Source: Candidatus Omnitrophota bacterium
GTDB taxonomy: Bacteria; Omnitrophota; Gorgyraeia; Aquiviventales; Aquiviventaceae
Assembly (NCBI GenBank): GCA_023247255.1
Contig: JAHFGV010000001.1
Span: 22,464-86,463 of the forward strand
Direction: 5' to 3'
Length of the DNA stretch: 64,000 bases
In this document: positions 37,512 to 47,651 of the stretch, piece after piece
Layout: each line of letters starts with the position of its first letter
Position numbering within the stretch: the stretch's first letter is position 1
Program-made: the position numbers and the translations under genes
The notes under the pieces: generated by a model
Seen by the model: the letters and a program-made list of their open reading frames with translations, nothing else
What the model was told of the DNA's origin: nothing
The model's database searches: none

Positions 37512-37599
37512 AATCTTCGATTGTAGATTTTCGATCTTCGATTGGAAAACATTGATCTGCCAACAAATCGACAATCGACGATTGACAATCGACAATTCG
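37512..37599. repeat. Inverted heptamer repeat cluster (TCGATTG / AATCGAC)
   Basis: ttcgattgtagattttcgatcttcgattg ... aatcgacaatcgacgattgacaatcgacaatt. Confidence 0.75.
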
Positions 37600-37614
37600 T
37601 TGGCATTCCAGAAC

Positions 37615-39324
37615 CTACCAGGCTCCTCCCCCACCCCCACCACCCCCGCCACCCGAAAATCCGCCTCCTCCAGAGCTGCCTCCTCCAAAGCCACTGGTGT
37701 CTGATCGAGGAGCAGAAGTAAAAGAATGTCCCATGGACGATGTGGCTTGAGTAATGTCCTGACCTAATTGACGTGCGGAAAAATGGTCCCAGGAACCGAC
37801 GTACCAAGATGGCGGCTGGGTATAAAGTCCTTCAAAAACCCGTGTCCATCGATCGGCGACGCCCAATGCCAAGGCATAAGGCAGAAACCGTTCAAACAGG
37901 CTCGGATCGTTGATTTGCCGCAAACGATCTTGGTCGGTGCGTCGGAGGAATTCCAAGAATCCAAAGATGTGCTCGGTGGTTTGCGCGCCTTTGAGTGTTC
38001 GCCGGGGCATGAATAGGCCAAAGACGATGATGATCAGCCCACAGAGGGCCGAGGCAATCTTGGAGGTAATGGTGTCGATTCCCCGCGAATGCTCAAGTGC
38101 TTGAAGTCCGAAAAATAGGGAAATCCCTAACGCCCAGCCGAAAATATGATAGCGGCTGCGAATACGGTCGGGATGGCTGTCCAAATACCCAGCCTCGATC
38201 AGTCCCTGATACAACTGATCTCGAATCTTGGGCAGTTTCTGGTAAAACACCTCATTGAGATCCGAAAGGTGTATAGAGGTTTCTGAAACGTCGAAGATTC
38301 CTTTCAAAAGCATTCGCTCATGCGGCTTAAGATGCGGGTCCTGTTCCCAGGGTTTTAAGCTGACGAGTTGATAGTCCCAGCCCCCGAATCGTTTCGCCTT
38401 GATTATTCGAAGATAGCCGCGGACGGCCAAATCGATGACGGTGGCGGTGATGTCTCTCAGGTTAACACGCTGATCGATCAAGGTTCCCAATTCGGCGGGA
38501 CTTACATCCTTGGGGGGCTCATACTGAACCATTGGGGAAGTTTCCAGACGAACCTCCCGTCCGCGTGCCGACCAGAGTGCCGTCATCAGAGAAAGCACAA
38601 GCAATACAAGACCATACATCCAATTATCTTCAATCCACCAACGGAAGATACGCCATCCTGAAGGGGGTTGAACCAGGCCCTTTTCCCAGGCTACCGCAGC
38701 CGTTAGCCCTTCATAAGGCTCAAGCCCTTCAGAAGGTTCAATCACCACGTGATCCACAAAGGTGTGCAGATGCTGCGTATGCGCGGTGGACCCGTAGCTT
38801 CCCAGATAGGCGATAGCCCTGAGTTCTTTAACCGTGTCTGGCAAGCGGATTTCCCCGCGTGCCTTTCGAATGGGTACCGCCCACTCGTTACCCGTGAGAT
38901 TCCAATAGCATTCATCATGGTCCGGGAAAAAGCGAACCGCCCCGCGCTTGACCTTGTAGATGATTCGGTAAGTTTGCCGACCGCTCAGTGTCAAATCAGG
39001 ATCTCCGATTCGGATACGATGGTAAGGTCCCGTGGATTCCGAGTGATACTTCAAAGCCCTGCCCGAGTCGTCGGTTATCTCCTCAATCTCTAGACGCATC
39101 CTGAAGGGTTGTCCGGCTCGATCCCTAGCATGAACTGGGATGTCCCGGTAAATACCGTGGCGGGCTTCTTGTTTAAAGTCTGCCAGAATCGTTTCCGTGA
39201 TCGTTGCGGTCGCATCCCGATGTATCTGGACTTGTGTGTCGAAGCTAGCGATTTCCCAAGCCTGTGCCGAGCCTGGAAACAAAAGCACCCCAATAATATT
39301 CAACCACCAGCGACTGAAAATCAT
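37615..39324 (-). CDS. DUF2207 membrane protein
   Basis: [33 protein letters not shown], Gly-rich tail ending in W; follows lemA. Confidence 0.9.
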   Translation of the reverse strand: MIFSRWWLNIIGVLLFPGSAQAWEIASFDTQVQIHRDATATITETILADFKQEARHGIYRDIPVHARDRAGQPFRMRLEIEEITDDSGRALKYHSESTGPYHRIRIGDPDLTLSGRQTYRIIYKVKRGAVRFFPDHDECYWNLTGNEWAVPIRKARGEIRLPDTVKELRAIAYLGSYGSTAHTQHLHTFVDHVVIEPSEGLEPYEGLTAAVAWEKGLVQPPSGWRIFRWWIEDNWMYGLVLLVLSLMTALWSARGREVRLETSPMVQYEPPKDVSPAELGTLIDQRVNLRDITATVIDLAVRGYLRIIKAKRFGGWDYQLVSLKPWEQDPHLKPHERMLLKGIFDVSETSIHLSDLNEVFYQKLPKIRDQLYQGLIEAGYLDSHPDRIRSRYHIFGWALGISLFFGLQALEHSRGIDTITSKIASALCGLIIIVFGLFMPRRTLKGAQTTEHIFGFLEFLRRTDQDRLRQINDPSLFERFLPYALALGVADRWTRVFEGLYTQPPSWYVGSWDHFSARQLGQDITQATSSMGHSFTSAPRSDTSGFGGGSSGGGGFSGGGGGGGGGGAW

Positions 39325-39336
39325 GCGTTTGGTTTC

Positions 39337-39885
39337 TCAAGAAAGACTAACCTTCGGGGCATTGGCTTCTTCCGGGACCTCGAGCTGGAAAAAGTCTCTG
39401 GGAAGAAAATGCGTAGTTTGAGCGACCAGCGAATTTGGAAAAATCGCCAACTTCGTATTATAGTCCCGAACCACGGCATTGTAGTAGCGTCGAGCCCCTT
39501 GAAGGGCTTCTTCAACCTGAGTCAGGGATTGTTGGAGTCCTAAGAAATTCTCATTCGCCCGCAATTGAGGATAGTTTTCGGCAACGGCAAACAGGCTTTT
39601 GAGACTGCTGGTGAGCATTCCCTCGGCAGCCTCCTTGCCTTTGGGATCTTTAACCTGCATGGCCTTAGACCGCGCTTCGGTTACTTTGACGAACACCTGT
39701 TTTTCATGAGCCGCATAGCCCTTTACGGCTTCGACGACGTTCGGGATCAAATCGTAACGACGCTTTAACTGAACCCCGATATCCGACCAGGCATTGTCCG
39801 CACGCAGCCGCATCTGCACCAAGTCATTGTACACGACGACCGTCCAAATCAAAACCACGCCAATGACTATTCCCAGGATCCACAT
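39337..39885 (-). CDS. lemA: LemA family protein
   Basis: VQLKRRYDLIPN, AVAENYPQLRAN, RRYYNAVV. Confidence 0.95.
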   Translation of the reverse strand: MWILGIVIGVVLIWTVVVYNDLVQMRLRADNAWSDIGVQLKRRYDLIPNVVEAVKGYAAHEKQVFVKVTEARSKAMQVKDPKGKEAAEGMLTSSLKSLFAVAENYPQLRANENFLGLQQSLTQVEEALQGARRYYNAVVRDYNTKLAIFPNSLVAQTTHFLPRDFFQLEVPEEANAPKVSLS

Positions 39886-39906
39886 GGTTTTCTCCTCAGT
39901 TGATAT

Positions 39907-40557
39907 TCATCGACGGTGAATCACCCCCTGTTTGGCGCAGAAACGCTCCAGAGGACATTTGCTGCACCAAGGAGAGGTGGGATGGCAGAGGTTTTGTCCA
40001 AAAGTAACCAGAAGGTCGTTGTAGATCAGCCAGTACCTTCGAGGCAGGATTTGGCGCAGAGCCATTTCCGTTTCTTGGGGGTTCTTTGTCTTGACGTAGC
40101 CCCAACGGTTGCTGATGCGATGCACGTGGGTATCCACGCAGATTCCCGGCTTGCGGAAGGCCAGTGTGACGACGAGATTCGCCGTTTTGCGCCCCACTCC
40201 CGGTAAACGGAGCAATTCATCGATATCGCTGGGAACGTTTCCTTGATAGCGCTCCAACAATAGGTGGCAGACGCTAAGGATTGTCCGGGCTTTCGTTCGA
40301 TAAAAACCCACGGGGTAGATTGCGCGCTCAATTTCTTTCGGAGAGAGTCGAAGCATGCGCTCAGGGTCGTTCGCCAACTGGAAAAGCCGCTCGGAAGCGC
40401 CATGGGTCGTCTGATCTTTGGTCCGTAAGCTGAGCAGACAACTGATCAGCGTCGTGAAGGGGTCGTGTTTATAGTAGCTCACGACCGGCTCCTCCCATTG
40501 ATGCACGAGGCGCTTTAAAATACGAATCACCTGATGAATATTACGATTCGTCACCAT
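39907..40557 (-). CDS. nth: Endonuclease III
   Basis: LPGVGRKTANLV, VDTHVHRISNR, CxxxxxxCxxCxxxxxC. Confidence 0.93.
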   Translation of the reverse strand: MVTNRNIHQVIRILKRLVHQWEEPVVSYYKHDPFTTLISCLLSLRTKDQTTHGASERLFQLANDPERMLRLSPKEIERAIYPVGFYRTKARTILSVCHLLLERYQGNVPSDIDELLRLPGVGRKTANLVVTLAFRKPGICVDTHVHRISNRWGYVKTKNPQETEMALRQILPRRYWLIYNDLLVTFGQNLCHPTSPWCSKCPLERFCAKQGVIHRR

Positions 40558-40585
40558 TCGCTAGTTTTGATCACTCCAGAGTCGA

Positions 40586-40690
40586 TGCCACCCCGCTCTG
40601 CGGGGCGGTCTGAGCCTCTCCGCGGGGTGCGGTTGCATGCCGCACCCCGAAGACACAGCGGAAGGGAAAACCTTCAGGTTTCCCCTCCGA
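40586..40690. repeat. Cluster of three GC-rich hairpins between HDAC and nth
   Basis: ccccgc-tct-gcgggg; cggggtgcgg-ttgcatg-ccgcaccccg; ggaagggaaa-accttcagg-tttcccctcc. Confidence 0.7.
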
Positions 40691-41627
40691 GGTGACTCAT
40701 CAAGGCTCGGAGGTGTGCTTCCACGCTGGCTCCGAGGGCCTGGAGGTGGTAGCCTCCTTCGAGAACCGATACGATTCGCCCTGCGCAAAATTTCTCGGCG
40801 ATTTCTCGCACCTGGCGCGTTAAGGCAGCAAAGCCCTCTTCGGTGACAACAAGGCCTGCAAGAGGATCATCTCGGTGAGCGTCAAAACCCGCAGAGATGA
40901 GTATTAACTCTGGTTTAAAAGCCTCAGCCTTGGGAAGTAGTTCTTTGCGGAAGGCGGCGATGATTTCCCTATCCCCGCATCCAGAGGATAGGGGAACGTT
41001 GATGGTAAACCCCTTCCCTGCTCCCCGTCCGGTTTCCTCACGGCCTCCCGTTGCCGGATAGAAAGGAGCTTGATGAGTGCTGAAATAGAGAACGGAGGGA
41101 TCGTTGTAAAAAATGGCTTGGGTTCCATTCCCATGATGGACGTCCCAATCGACAATCAGGATACGACGGAGTCCATGATGACGCTCTGCGTATCGTGCCC
41201 CGATAGCAACGTTGTTGAAGAGGCAGAAACCCATCGCATGATTCGCTAGGGCGTGATGCCCCGGAGGGCGTACGGCGCAAAAGACAGACTTCGACGAGCC
41301 CTGCATCACCTCGTCGATACCCTGTGTGACAGCCCCGACGGCTCGCAAGGCAGCCTCCCAAGAACCCACAGAAGCGACGGTGTCTGGATCTAAATGCGAA
41401 GGGCCGTTTCGGCAAGCTTCTTCGATTTTATCGATATACCGAGGAGGATGAACGAGATGGAGAACTTCGGGACTAGCAAGCGGTGGTTCCAAGTGGCGTA
41501 ACTGCTCCCAAAGGTCCATTGGGCGCAGATGTTCGATGATGGCTTGGACACGCTCCATACGTTCCGGATGCCCTGCTCCTGTATCATGTTTCAAGAAGCT
41601 CGGATGAAACGCCAACCCAACCTGCAT
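40674..41627 (-). CDS. Histone deacetylase family amidohydrolase
   Basis: HPERMER, RPPGHHA, GFCLFNN, DWDVHHGNGT, SAGFDAH, LEGGY. Confidence 0.94.
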   Translation of the reverse strand: MQVGLAFHPSFLKHDTGAGHPERMERVQAIIEHLRPMDLWEQLRHLEPPLASPEVLHLVHPPRYIDKIEEACRNGPSHLDPDTVASVGSWEAALRAVGAVTQGIDEVMQGSSKSVFCAVRPPGHHALANHAMGFCLFNNVAIGARYAERHHGLRRILIVDWDVHHGNGTQAIFYNDPSVLYFSTHQAPFYPATGGREETGRGAGKGFTINVPLSSGCGDREIIAAFRKELLPKAEAFKPELILISAGFDAHRDDPLAGLVVTEEGFAALTRQVREIAEKFCAGRIVSVLEGGYHLQALGASVEAHLRALMSHLGGET

Positions 41628-41656
41628 GTCTCATGTTCCTTGTCCCACGTCTGCTG

Positions 41657-42454
41657 CTATGTTCCCTGTCTCACGTCCCATATCCCATTAAATAGCTCTT
41701 TCACTTTTACTTTAACGTCAGCAGCGCTCATCAAGGCCTCTCCGATTAAGAGTGCGTGGACACCGAGTCTGTGCATGCGCTGAACATCTGTTGCCGTTTG
41801 AATACCGCTTTCAGCCACCACCGTCGTCCCCGATGGAATGCTCGGGATGAGCCGTTCCGAGAGGCGAGTATCGAGGGTAAACGTCGTCAGATCCCGATGG
41901 TTGATACCGATAATCTTGGCATCCACTCTCACGGCTCTTTTAAGTTCTTCGTCGTTGTGAATCTCAACCAAAGCATCGAGCCCTAACTCTCTGGCGAGCG
42001 CTAGATATTCCGATAACTGCCCATCACTTAAAGCACGCACGATCAAGAGAACCGCATCCGCTTGATAGAATAAAGACTCATAAAGCTGATAAGCATCGAT
42101 GATGAAGTCCTTGCGCAAAACCGGAATCTCGGTGAACTGCTTAACGTCCCTTAAGAAATCCAGATGCCCGCCAAAGAAAGGCTCATCCGTCAGAACAGAC
42201 AAGGCGGATGAGCCTGCTTCCTCGAGGCTCTGAGCGAGGCTAACAGGATCGAATCTCTCCCGAAGCATTCCTTTCGATGGTGATTTGCGCTTCAGCTCCG
42301 CAATCAAGCAGAGTCTTCCCGGCTGGTAGATTGCCTGCCGAAAATCGCGCTCCCGAGCATGCCCCCCCACCCGTTCTTTGAGTTCTTCAAGAGATACCCT
42401 TTCCTTCACGCGTGCGATCTCTTGTCTTTTCCTTTCCAGAATCTTCTCAAGCAT
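41657..42454 (-). CDS. trpC: Indole-3-glycerol phosphate synthase
   Basis: IAELKRKSPSKG, SVLTD, LRKDFI, AESGI, LIGEALM. Confidence 0.96.
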   Translation of the reverse strand: MLEKILERKRQEIARVKERVSLEELKERVGGHARERDFRQAIYQPGRLCLIAELKRKSPSKGMLRERFDPVSLAQSLEEAGSSALSVLTDEPFFGGHLDFLRDVKQFTEIPVLRKDFIIDAYQLYESLFYQADAVLLIVRALSDGQLSEYLALARELGLDALVEIHNDEELKRAVRVDAKIIGINHRDLTTFTLDTRLSERLIPSIPSGTTVVAESGIQTATDVQRMHRLGVHALLIGEALMSAADVKVKVKELFNGIWDVRQGT

Positions 42455-42679
42455 TGTCAATCGTTCGAACACCTTTGCGTCTTCTCCCAATTTTTGTAGA
42501 CCCCCTTAGCTTTCTCAAACCCCGCTCATTCATCTCTCATCCGTAAGTAGCGAGGAAGACTCTCTTTCTCATCATCCTGTTATCGCTTATATAGTTACAG
42601 AGACTTTCGCGTCTCGCGTTTTCATAACCTATGGCTCAAAACGTCCCGTTCGTTCATCGGCTCGGTTATTCCTGGCCGT

Positions 42680-43597
42680 TCACACTTTGGCTGTTGGCCT
42701 CACTCGTAGAGTGTCACACCTCTTCAGAAGTTCTGGATTTACCTGACCCCCGAACTTCTCAAAAAAGCTTTCGAGATGAGGCATCGCTGACCACGCTCCA
42801 TATACTTGGTCATTCTCAAGTACGATTTGGGCAATCTCGTTCGCTTCCTCCGGCGTGAAAGTAGCGAACTCCAGCAAAGCTTTTGAGCTGGCACCTGCCT
42901 GATCATACGTATGACTCGCTTTTAAAGATCGGGTGGTACACTTCTTGATAGCGCCTTTCAGTTCAGGGTACTCAGACGCTATGCCGGAAAGCAATTCAAC
43001 ACACGTAGAATGAAAAGTGACTGGATGAGTTCCTCGCAAGGAAACCGCCTGACTTACTTCCATGAAACCATATGGGTCGACATCCACTTTGATGGGAGCT
43101 ATGACCATGCCCCGTCCGACAGCTATACCAGCTTCTTGGTCTGTCCATTCTGACTCATGAAAGCGTTTTGTTAGGATCGGGATGAAAATGTTACAAACGA
43201 CTGTCAGGTGACGCAGTATCACCTTTTGCCAAGCTGCCGAGGGGCGGATATCCTCGTGTGCCACAAATGCGCTGGCACCGAACCGCTCAAAGACGCTCTT
43301 TAGTTCTTTCGCAACTTCAACATCATCATGTTTATGGCTCAAGAAAACATGGATTCTATCATAAGACAACCGTCCAACTACAGGAGGTTGGACAGCTTCT
43401 CGTTCTTCAAATCTTTCAAGTTGGTCGACTCGTTTTTCCATCGCTTTATACCAAGCGTGACGGCTATCTCCGGGTGAAATCTCGCTCAACGCAGCTGTGA
43501 TATCTGTCCTGGTATATGCCTCAATTAATCCCTTGTCTCCTGTTTGGAGGAACTTATGGAAGGCAGCTATTATAGCCAGAGTTTTGTCACTAGCCAT
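42680..43597 (-). CDS. TIR-domain protein with N- and C-terminal helical extensions
   Basis: VFLSHKHDD, AFVAHEDI, SEWTDQE (catalytic Glu position). Confidence 0.85.
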   Translation of the reverse strand: MASDKTLAIIAAFHKFLQTGDKGLIEAYTRTDITAALSEISPGDSRHAWYKAMEKRVDQLERFEEREAVQPPVVGRLSYDRIHVFLSHKHDDVEVAKELKSVFERFGASAFVAHEDIRPSAAWQKVILRHLTVVCNIFIPILTKRFHESEWTDQEAGIAVGRGMVIAPIKVDVDPYGFMEVSQAVSLRGTHPVTFHSTCVELLSGIASEYPELKGAIKKCTTRSLKASHTYDQAGASSKALLEFATFTPEEANEIAQIVLENDQVYGAWSAMPHLESFFEKFGGQVNPELLKRCDTLRVRPTAKV

Positions 43598-43633
43598 TGG
43601 GCAACTCCATTCCTGGAAGTAAACCCTACTACT

Positions 43634-44122
43634 TTACTTCCACACGATACCCCACTTATCAAGGAAGGGTTTAAGATCTTCTCCGCGTTTATTGATATTC
43701 AAGTGCCGCTTCGTATTTGTTGAATCGTGTCGTCTGCCCCCACGACCAGGAGTTTTCACCCAACGATCGTGGTCCTCTCGTAGCCACGTATCCACTTGAG
43801 CTGTTGGTACGATGTAGAATTGGAGATTTTTCGTCTTTTCGGTCAGGTTAACGAGAATCGTGAAGTCCGCTGTCTTACCGATGTCCCGGAATATTGTGCC
43901 ATCCTGCTTAACCACCCATTGCCAGTCATCGTACTCCTCGGATTTGGTCTTGACTCGAACCCGTACCATCTGCGTTCCCTTGCTAGCAAGAATATCAACG
44001 GACGGCGTGTTTCGCGGCGCAAGGGCGGCCACGATTCCCCTTTTCAGGAGTTCTGCGACAACGTAATGCTCACCAGAATTTCCGATGAGCGAACCCTGCC
44101 CCGCTTTAATTCTGCCTTCCAT
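43634..44122 (-). CDS. PD-(D/E)XK-like nuclease-fold protein
   Basis: GNSGEHYVVAEL...VDILA...VRVKT. Confidence 0.65.
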   Translation of the reverse strand: MEGRIKAGQGSLIGNSGEHYVVAELLKRGIVAALAPRNTPSVDILASKGTQMVRVRVKTKSEEYDDWQWVVKQDGTIFRDIGKTADFTILVNLTEKTKNLQFYIVPTAQVDTWLREDHDRWVKTPGRGGRRHDSTNTKRHLNINKRGEDLKPFLDKWGIVWK

Positions 44123-44148
44123 CCTGAGATTTCACCCCCTGAATTTGA

Positions 44149-44230
44149 TAACCTACTTACTTATAACCGTTTAGCTTCTTGAGAATTTCCAGCGCCATCC
44201 CTAGTAACTTACACATACGGTCAGCCATAA
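44149..44230 (-). repeat. 82-bp diverged direct repeat A, encodes 23-aa ORF 44157..44228
   Basis: 62/82 ungapped identity to 47552..47633; MADRMCKLLGMALEILKKLNGYK. Confidence 0.75.
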
Positions 44231-44487
44231 GTAATGACCGCGAGACGCTTCTTCATCTCAGAAATGCCTGTCCCTCGGTGCCTGGCACCTTTCAGGGCGG
44301 CATCTGTCTTACCGCCATTTACCGTCCTCTTTTCTGCTTCCATTCCAACCGCTTTCGTCATCCTAGTTTTTTAACCTTTCGCTGCTCGCATGCTCGGGCT
44401 TGAAGGCCTATGGTTTGCCGTTTCTTCTTTTCGAATTAGTCCTGCTTTAATAACCTCGTATCAGGCAATGAGTTCTGTTGTTGAATG

Positions 44488-45519
44488 TTATTTCTTTGGC
44501 GTGACCGAACCTAGTAATCGCCCAATTGCTTCTGTCGGAAGCTTCTGTGCACCAAGCGTATCTTCATCGTGTGGAAGCAAGCCGGAACTACCAAAAGCCA
44601 CCACTGCTTCCACCAAGTTTGCAAGAATTAAGTCACGCTGTTCAGGAGTTTGTGCTGATACCACGAATGCCTCGATGCTATTTGCAACTCTCTGCCGATG
44701 TTTATTGAGTTGGCTCATGTGGATATGTGCCCTCAACATCCTCATAGTAAAGGTAGTAATTGCCCCAACGGCAGATAAGATTACAATTCTAAGAGCCGTC
44801 TGATAGACGGCGATGTGCCATTCAGATTCTACTGGTAGCTTGATAAAGATAAATGCGATGGCCACTCCGAAGAAAGCGATGATTGCGAACGCACTCAACC
44901 AACCCCATAGCTTTATGTCTCTCGATAGTTCAATCTGAGCTTCCTTGAATTGCCGCTGTGCTTCTTGAACAGAGATTTTAGTCGCTGTCCGTCTTGCTTT
45001 CGTCTCAATTTCCTCGGCAAGTTTCTTGGCTTCGTCTATAGCTTTCCTTGCTTCTTCCTTAAGGGATTGGATAGTTTCTGATGATTCCTTTCTGAGTGAC
45101 TCGACTGTACGCTGGTATTCTTGTCTAATACCTTCATCTTCTAGGAAACCACGCTCTATGACCGCTGCGGCAACGAACGATGGCTCTGTTCGCTTAGCTT
45201 CCTCTAAGAATGTATCAATGTCGGTCAGAAAACTTGTCCTTCGCGCGATATATTGCGAGCTAGCAGAGCCAGCCTGATTCGAGAATTGGCTGTGAATTTG
45301 CTGAAGAACGTTCGTGATCTGATTAATCGGCTCATTGTGAACCTGTGGAGCGTATTGGATTGCTAATCGGCGCAATTTAGAGAGACGCTCCAACCGCGGC
45401 TGAAGCTCCTTTTCGAGAGACTCTTCACCGAGGGATTTCCTAAGAAGCTTTTCCATGTCAACCGAATTTACAGCATCGTCGGCTTTCTTCAAATTATCAA
45501 GGTATTGCTGAGATGCCAT
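44488..45519 (-). CDS. Coiled-coil protein with two C-terminal TM helices
   Basis: E/K/A-rich heptad region followed by two hydrophobic segments; AGGAGG SD. Confidence 0.8.
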   Translation of the reverse strand: MASQQYLDNLKKADDAVNSVDMEKLLRKSLGEESLEKELQPRLERLSKLRRLAIQYAPQVHNEPINQITNVLQQIHSQFSNQAGSASSQYIARRTSFLTDIDTFLEEAKRTEPSFVAAAVIERGFLEDEGIRQEYQRTVESLRKESSETIQSLKEEARKAIDEAKKLAEEIETKARRTATKISVQEAQRQFKEAQIELSRDIKLWGWLSAFAIIAFFGVAIAFIFIKLPVESEWHIAVYQTALRIVILSAVGAITTFTMRMLRAHIHMSQLNKHRQRVANSIEAFVVSAQTPEQRDLILANLVEAVVAFGSSGLLPHDEDTLGAQKLPTEAIGRLLGSVTPKK

Positions 45520-45585
45520 TTTCTACCTCCTACACGACAACATTACTGTTGCCCTTATACATATTCCCAGTCTCCACCCCACACC

Positions 45586-45918
45586 TTAAGCATTACTTGC
45601 CTCAAAACCCATGACCTTCTCGTCGTCTTTTATCTCAGTACACGGTACCACAATTGAAGCAATAAAACCCCACTTCACCAAAGCAATAGAATCAAACTCT
45701 GTTTCCTGGGGCGGTCTTCCATCTGAGAAGACGATGTGTCTTTTTATTTTTGGGATGTAAACCCAAACACCAAGATCATCGACGCCTCTAATTTGCAAAT
45801 ACTGATTTTGCAAAACAATTCCCTGTTGATCCAAACCCAATTCCTGTGGCAGTTTTACGAGACACACGATAACATTCTTGTTGAGTAAGTCCTTGCCTAT
45901 AAACCCTATTTCAGGCAT
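45586..45918 (-). CDS. Hypothetical small beta-rich protein
   Basis: 110-aa ORF, GGAG SD, packed behind the HTH gene. Confidence 0.65.
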   Translation of the reverse strand: MPEIGFIGKDLLNKNVIVCLVKLPQELGLDQQGIVLQNQYLQIRGVDDLGVWVYIPKIKRHIVFSDGRPPQETEFDSIALVKWGFIASIVVPCTEIKDDEKVMGFEASNA

Positions 45919-45928
45919 GATGGCTCCG

Positions 45929-46102
45929 TTACTTATTTGTTCTCGTTTTTACAAATTCCTCAAGATCCTCGGGCGCAATGCGCCATCTCTTTATCTTAGT
46001 CGCACGAATCTGCTTCAGATTGATGAGCTCACGCACTCTCTCCTCAGTGAGGTCCAGCTTCTCAGCGACCTTCGCCACCGTCAGGTAATTTTTGACATCC
46101 AT
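45929..46102 (-). CDS. Excisionase-like helix-turn-helix protein (HTH_17)
   Basis: YLTVAKVAEKL...IRATKIKRWRIAPEDLEEFV. Confidence 0.85.
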   Translation of the reverse strand: MDVKNYLTVAKVAEKLDLTEERVRELINLKQIRATKIKRWRIAPEDLEEFVKTRTNK

Positions 46103-46118
46103 AACGCGATCCTCGTTC

Positions 46119-47360
46119 TCAGTTCTTCGGGACATTAAACACCATGACTGTAAGAATCAATTCTCTGCTGGCATCGCTCGGTTGGTGAAACATGTACTGG
46201 AAGGAAGTCTCATGCTGTTTGACGAGTTCTCTCTTGAAGCACGAATGAGTCTTCACTATCTCGGGGACTTGCGACAAGACGGCAGAGAAATCCTGATTCT
46301 TATTAAACAGAATTACTGCAATCTTCGTATCCCGCCAGCTTGCATATCTCAAGACCTGGTCTATCGCTTCGCTCAAGCTCTTTTGTCCGTGCCAAATTTT
46401 GCATTCCGCGATGAAGACATTTTTGCCTTCATAACGGATCAAAATATCGGTCTTCCCTGAATAGTTGAAGGCTTCACCCGTCGCCAATTCGTAATGGCTG
46501 TTGAGAGGAACCAAGAACTGCCATCTGAGGGATTCCTCGTCCATCTCACGAAACGCTTTGGGGCTTCGCTCCATAACAAGTGCCATCCGGGAGATCAAAT
46601 CCAGAATGTGCCTATACTCCCCTTCTTGGAGGATCGGCTCTCTCGTTACACTACCTTCCTGAATCTTCGGGGGTTCAATCAGAGGTTTTCGCCGAACCAC
46701 AGGAACGGTGTAAGTAGCCGCATCCTGTTCTCTTCGCTTTATAGGGATTCCGAGACCCTCCACTAAGCCTTCGTCCTTCAATATCCTTTCTTTTCTCGCA
46801 ACCAAAAGTCGCCTTGCCTCACCCTCTATGAACTTGTTGTGTTCTGCGGCATCGCGGGCCATAGTCTGTAAGTAGCCCTTGATCTGACCGATATCCTGCT
46901 CCATATCCGTCTTTATTTTGTCCGTGCTCATATCCTGGGGCAGACCCCGATACCGCAAATGTATCTCATTCCCCACCACGTTACCGCGGATCCCGCTTAA
47001 AGAAAAAGAGGACGGGGTGAAATGGAATAATTGTCCATCGCCTTCAAATGGGACAGCTATGGTGACGGAAATACCCTTTACAATATGCGGTTCGTCATCA
47101 TCGATGATCGCGTAATCAACACGCCCCCTCACATCCATGTCAATGTCTTCGGCGGGATGGGCAACCTTGTTGTCATCATGCAATACTGGTGTTTCTAAGG
47201 TATATCTGCCGACCAGATACTTGCACAGTTCTTCTTCGCTAGTTTTCAGCAAGTATTCACGACCCATACGCTGAACCTCGTCTTTCAAGCCTGCTTTGAG
47301 AGACTCCAACAAATTCCGAAACTCTCCCTTTTGGTGGAACAGTAATTCGTTACCTGCCAT
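46119..47360 (-). CDS. Protein with C-terminal PD-(D/E)XK nuclease domain
   Basis: EESLR...ATGEAFN...GKTDILI...FIAECKIW...DQVLRY. Confidence 0.78.
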   Translation of the reverse strand: MAGNELLFHQKGEFRNLLESLKAGLKDEVQRMGREYLLKTSEEELCKYLVGRYTLETPVLHDDNKVAHPAEDIDMDVRGRVDYAIIDDDEPHIVKGISVTIAVPFEGDGQLFHFTPSSFSLSGIRGNVVGNEIHLRYRGLPQDMSTDKIKTDMEQDIGQIKGYLQTMARDAAEHNKFIEGEARRLLVARKERILKDEGLVEGLGIPIKRREQDAATYTVPVVRRKPLIEPPKIQEGSVTREPILQEGEYRHILDLISRMALVMERSPKAFREMDEESLRWQFLVPLNSHYELATGEAFNYSGKTDILIRYEGKNVFIAECKIWHGQKSLSEAIDQVLRYASWRDTKIAVILFNKNQDFSAVLSQVPEIVKTHSCFKRELVKQHETSFQYMFHQPSDASRELILTVMVFNVPKN

Positions 47361-47551
47361 CTCACTTCGTACCCTTTGGCGTTTATAAAACTGTCCGTGC
47401 CTGCGCATATTCATTTCCACACGATTCCATATTGCTCCATATTCTACTGCCAGCCGAAAGACAAGTCACCTGAAAGCTTGTCAACAGAAGGACAGAATTG
47501 CGTGCGGAAAAAGGCGTGCTCGAAAGAGGGCAATTCACGACGGATTTTTCG

Positions 47552-47643
47552 TAACCAACTCACTCATAACCGTTCAGCTTCTTCAGCAGCCCCAGCGCCA
47601 TCTCGCGCCAACGGCACATACGGTCAGCCGTAGGTTTGGACAT
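47552..47643 (-). repeat. 82-bp diverged direct repeat B, encodes 27-aa ORF 47560..47643
   Basis: MSKPTADRMCRWREMALGLLKKLNGYE; homologous to repeat A. Confidence 0.75.
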
Positions 47644-47651
47644 ATACCGAC

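Noticed and set aside
37615-37700. G-rich repeat as a DNA element
   Set aside because: It is the normal Gly-rich tail of DUF2207 proteins
42680-43597. Thoeris or CBASS assignment for the TIR gene
   Set aside because: No SIR2/SLOG/Macro ThsA or nucleotide cyclase adjacent, and no STING-like domain recognised
44149-47633. attL/attR of a prophage
   Set aside because: Only about 76% identical with a codon-like divergence pattern; no integrase, tRNA target or phage structural genes
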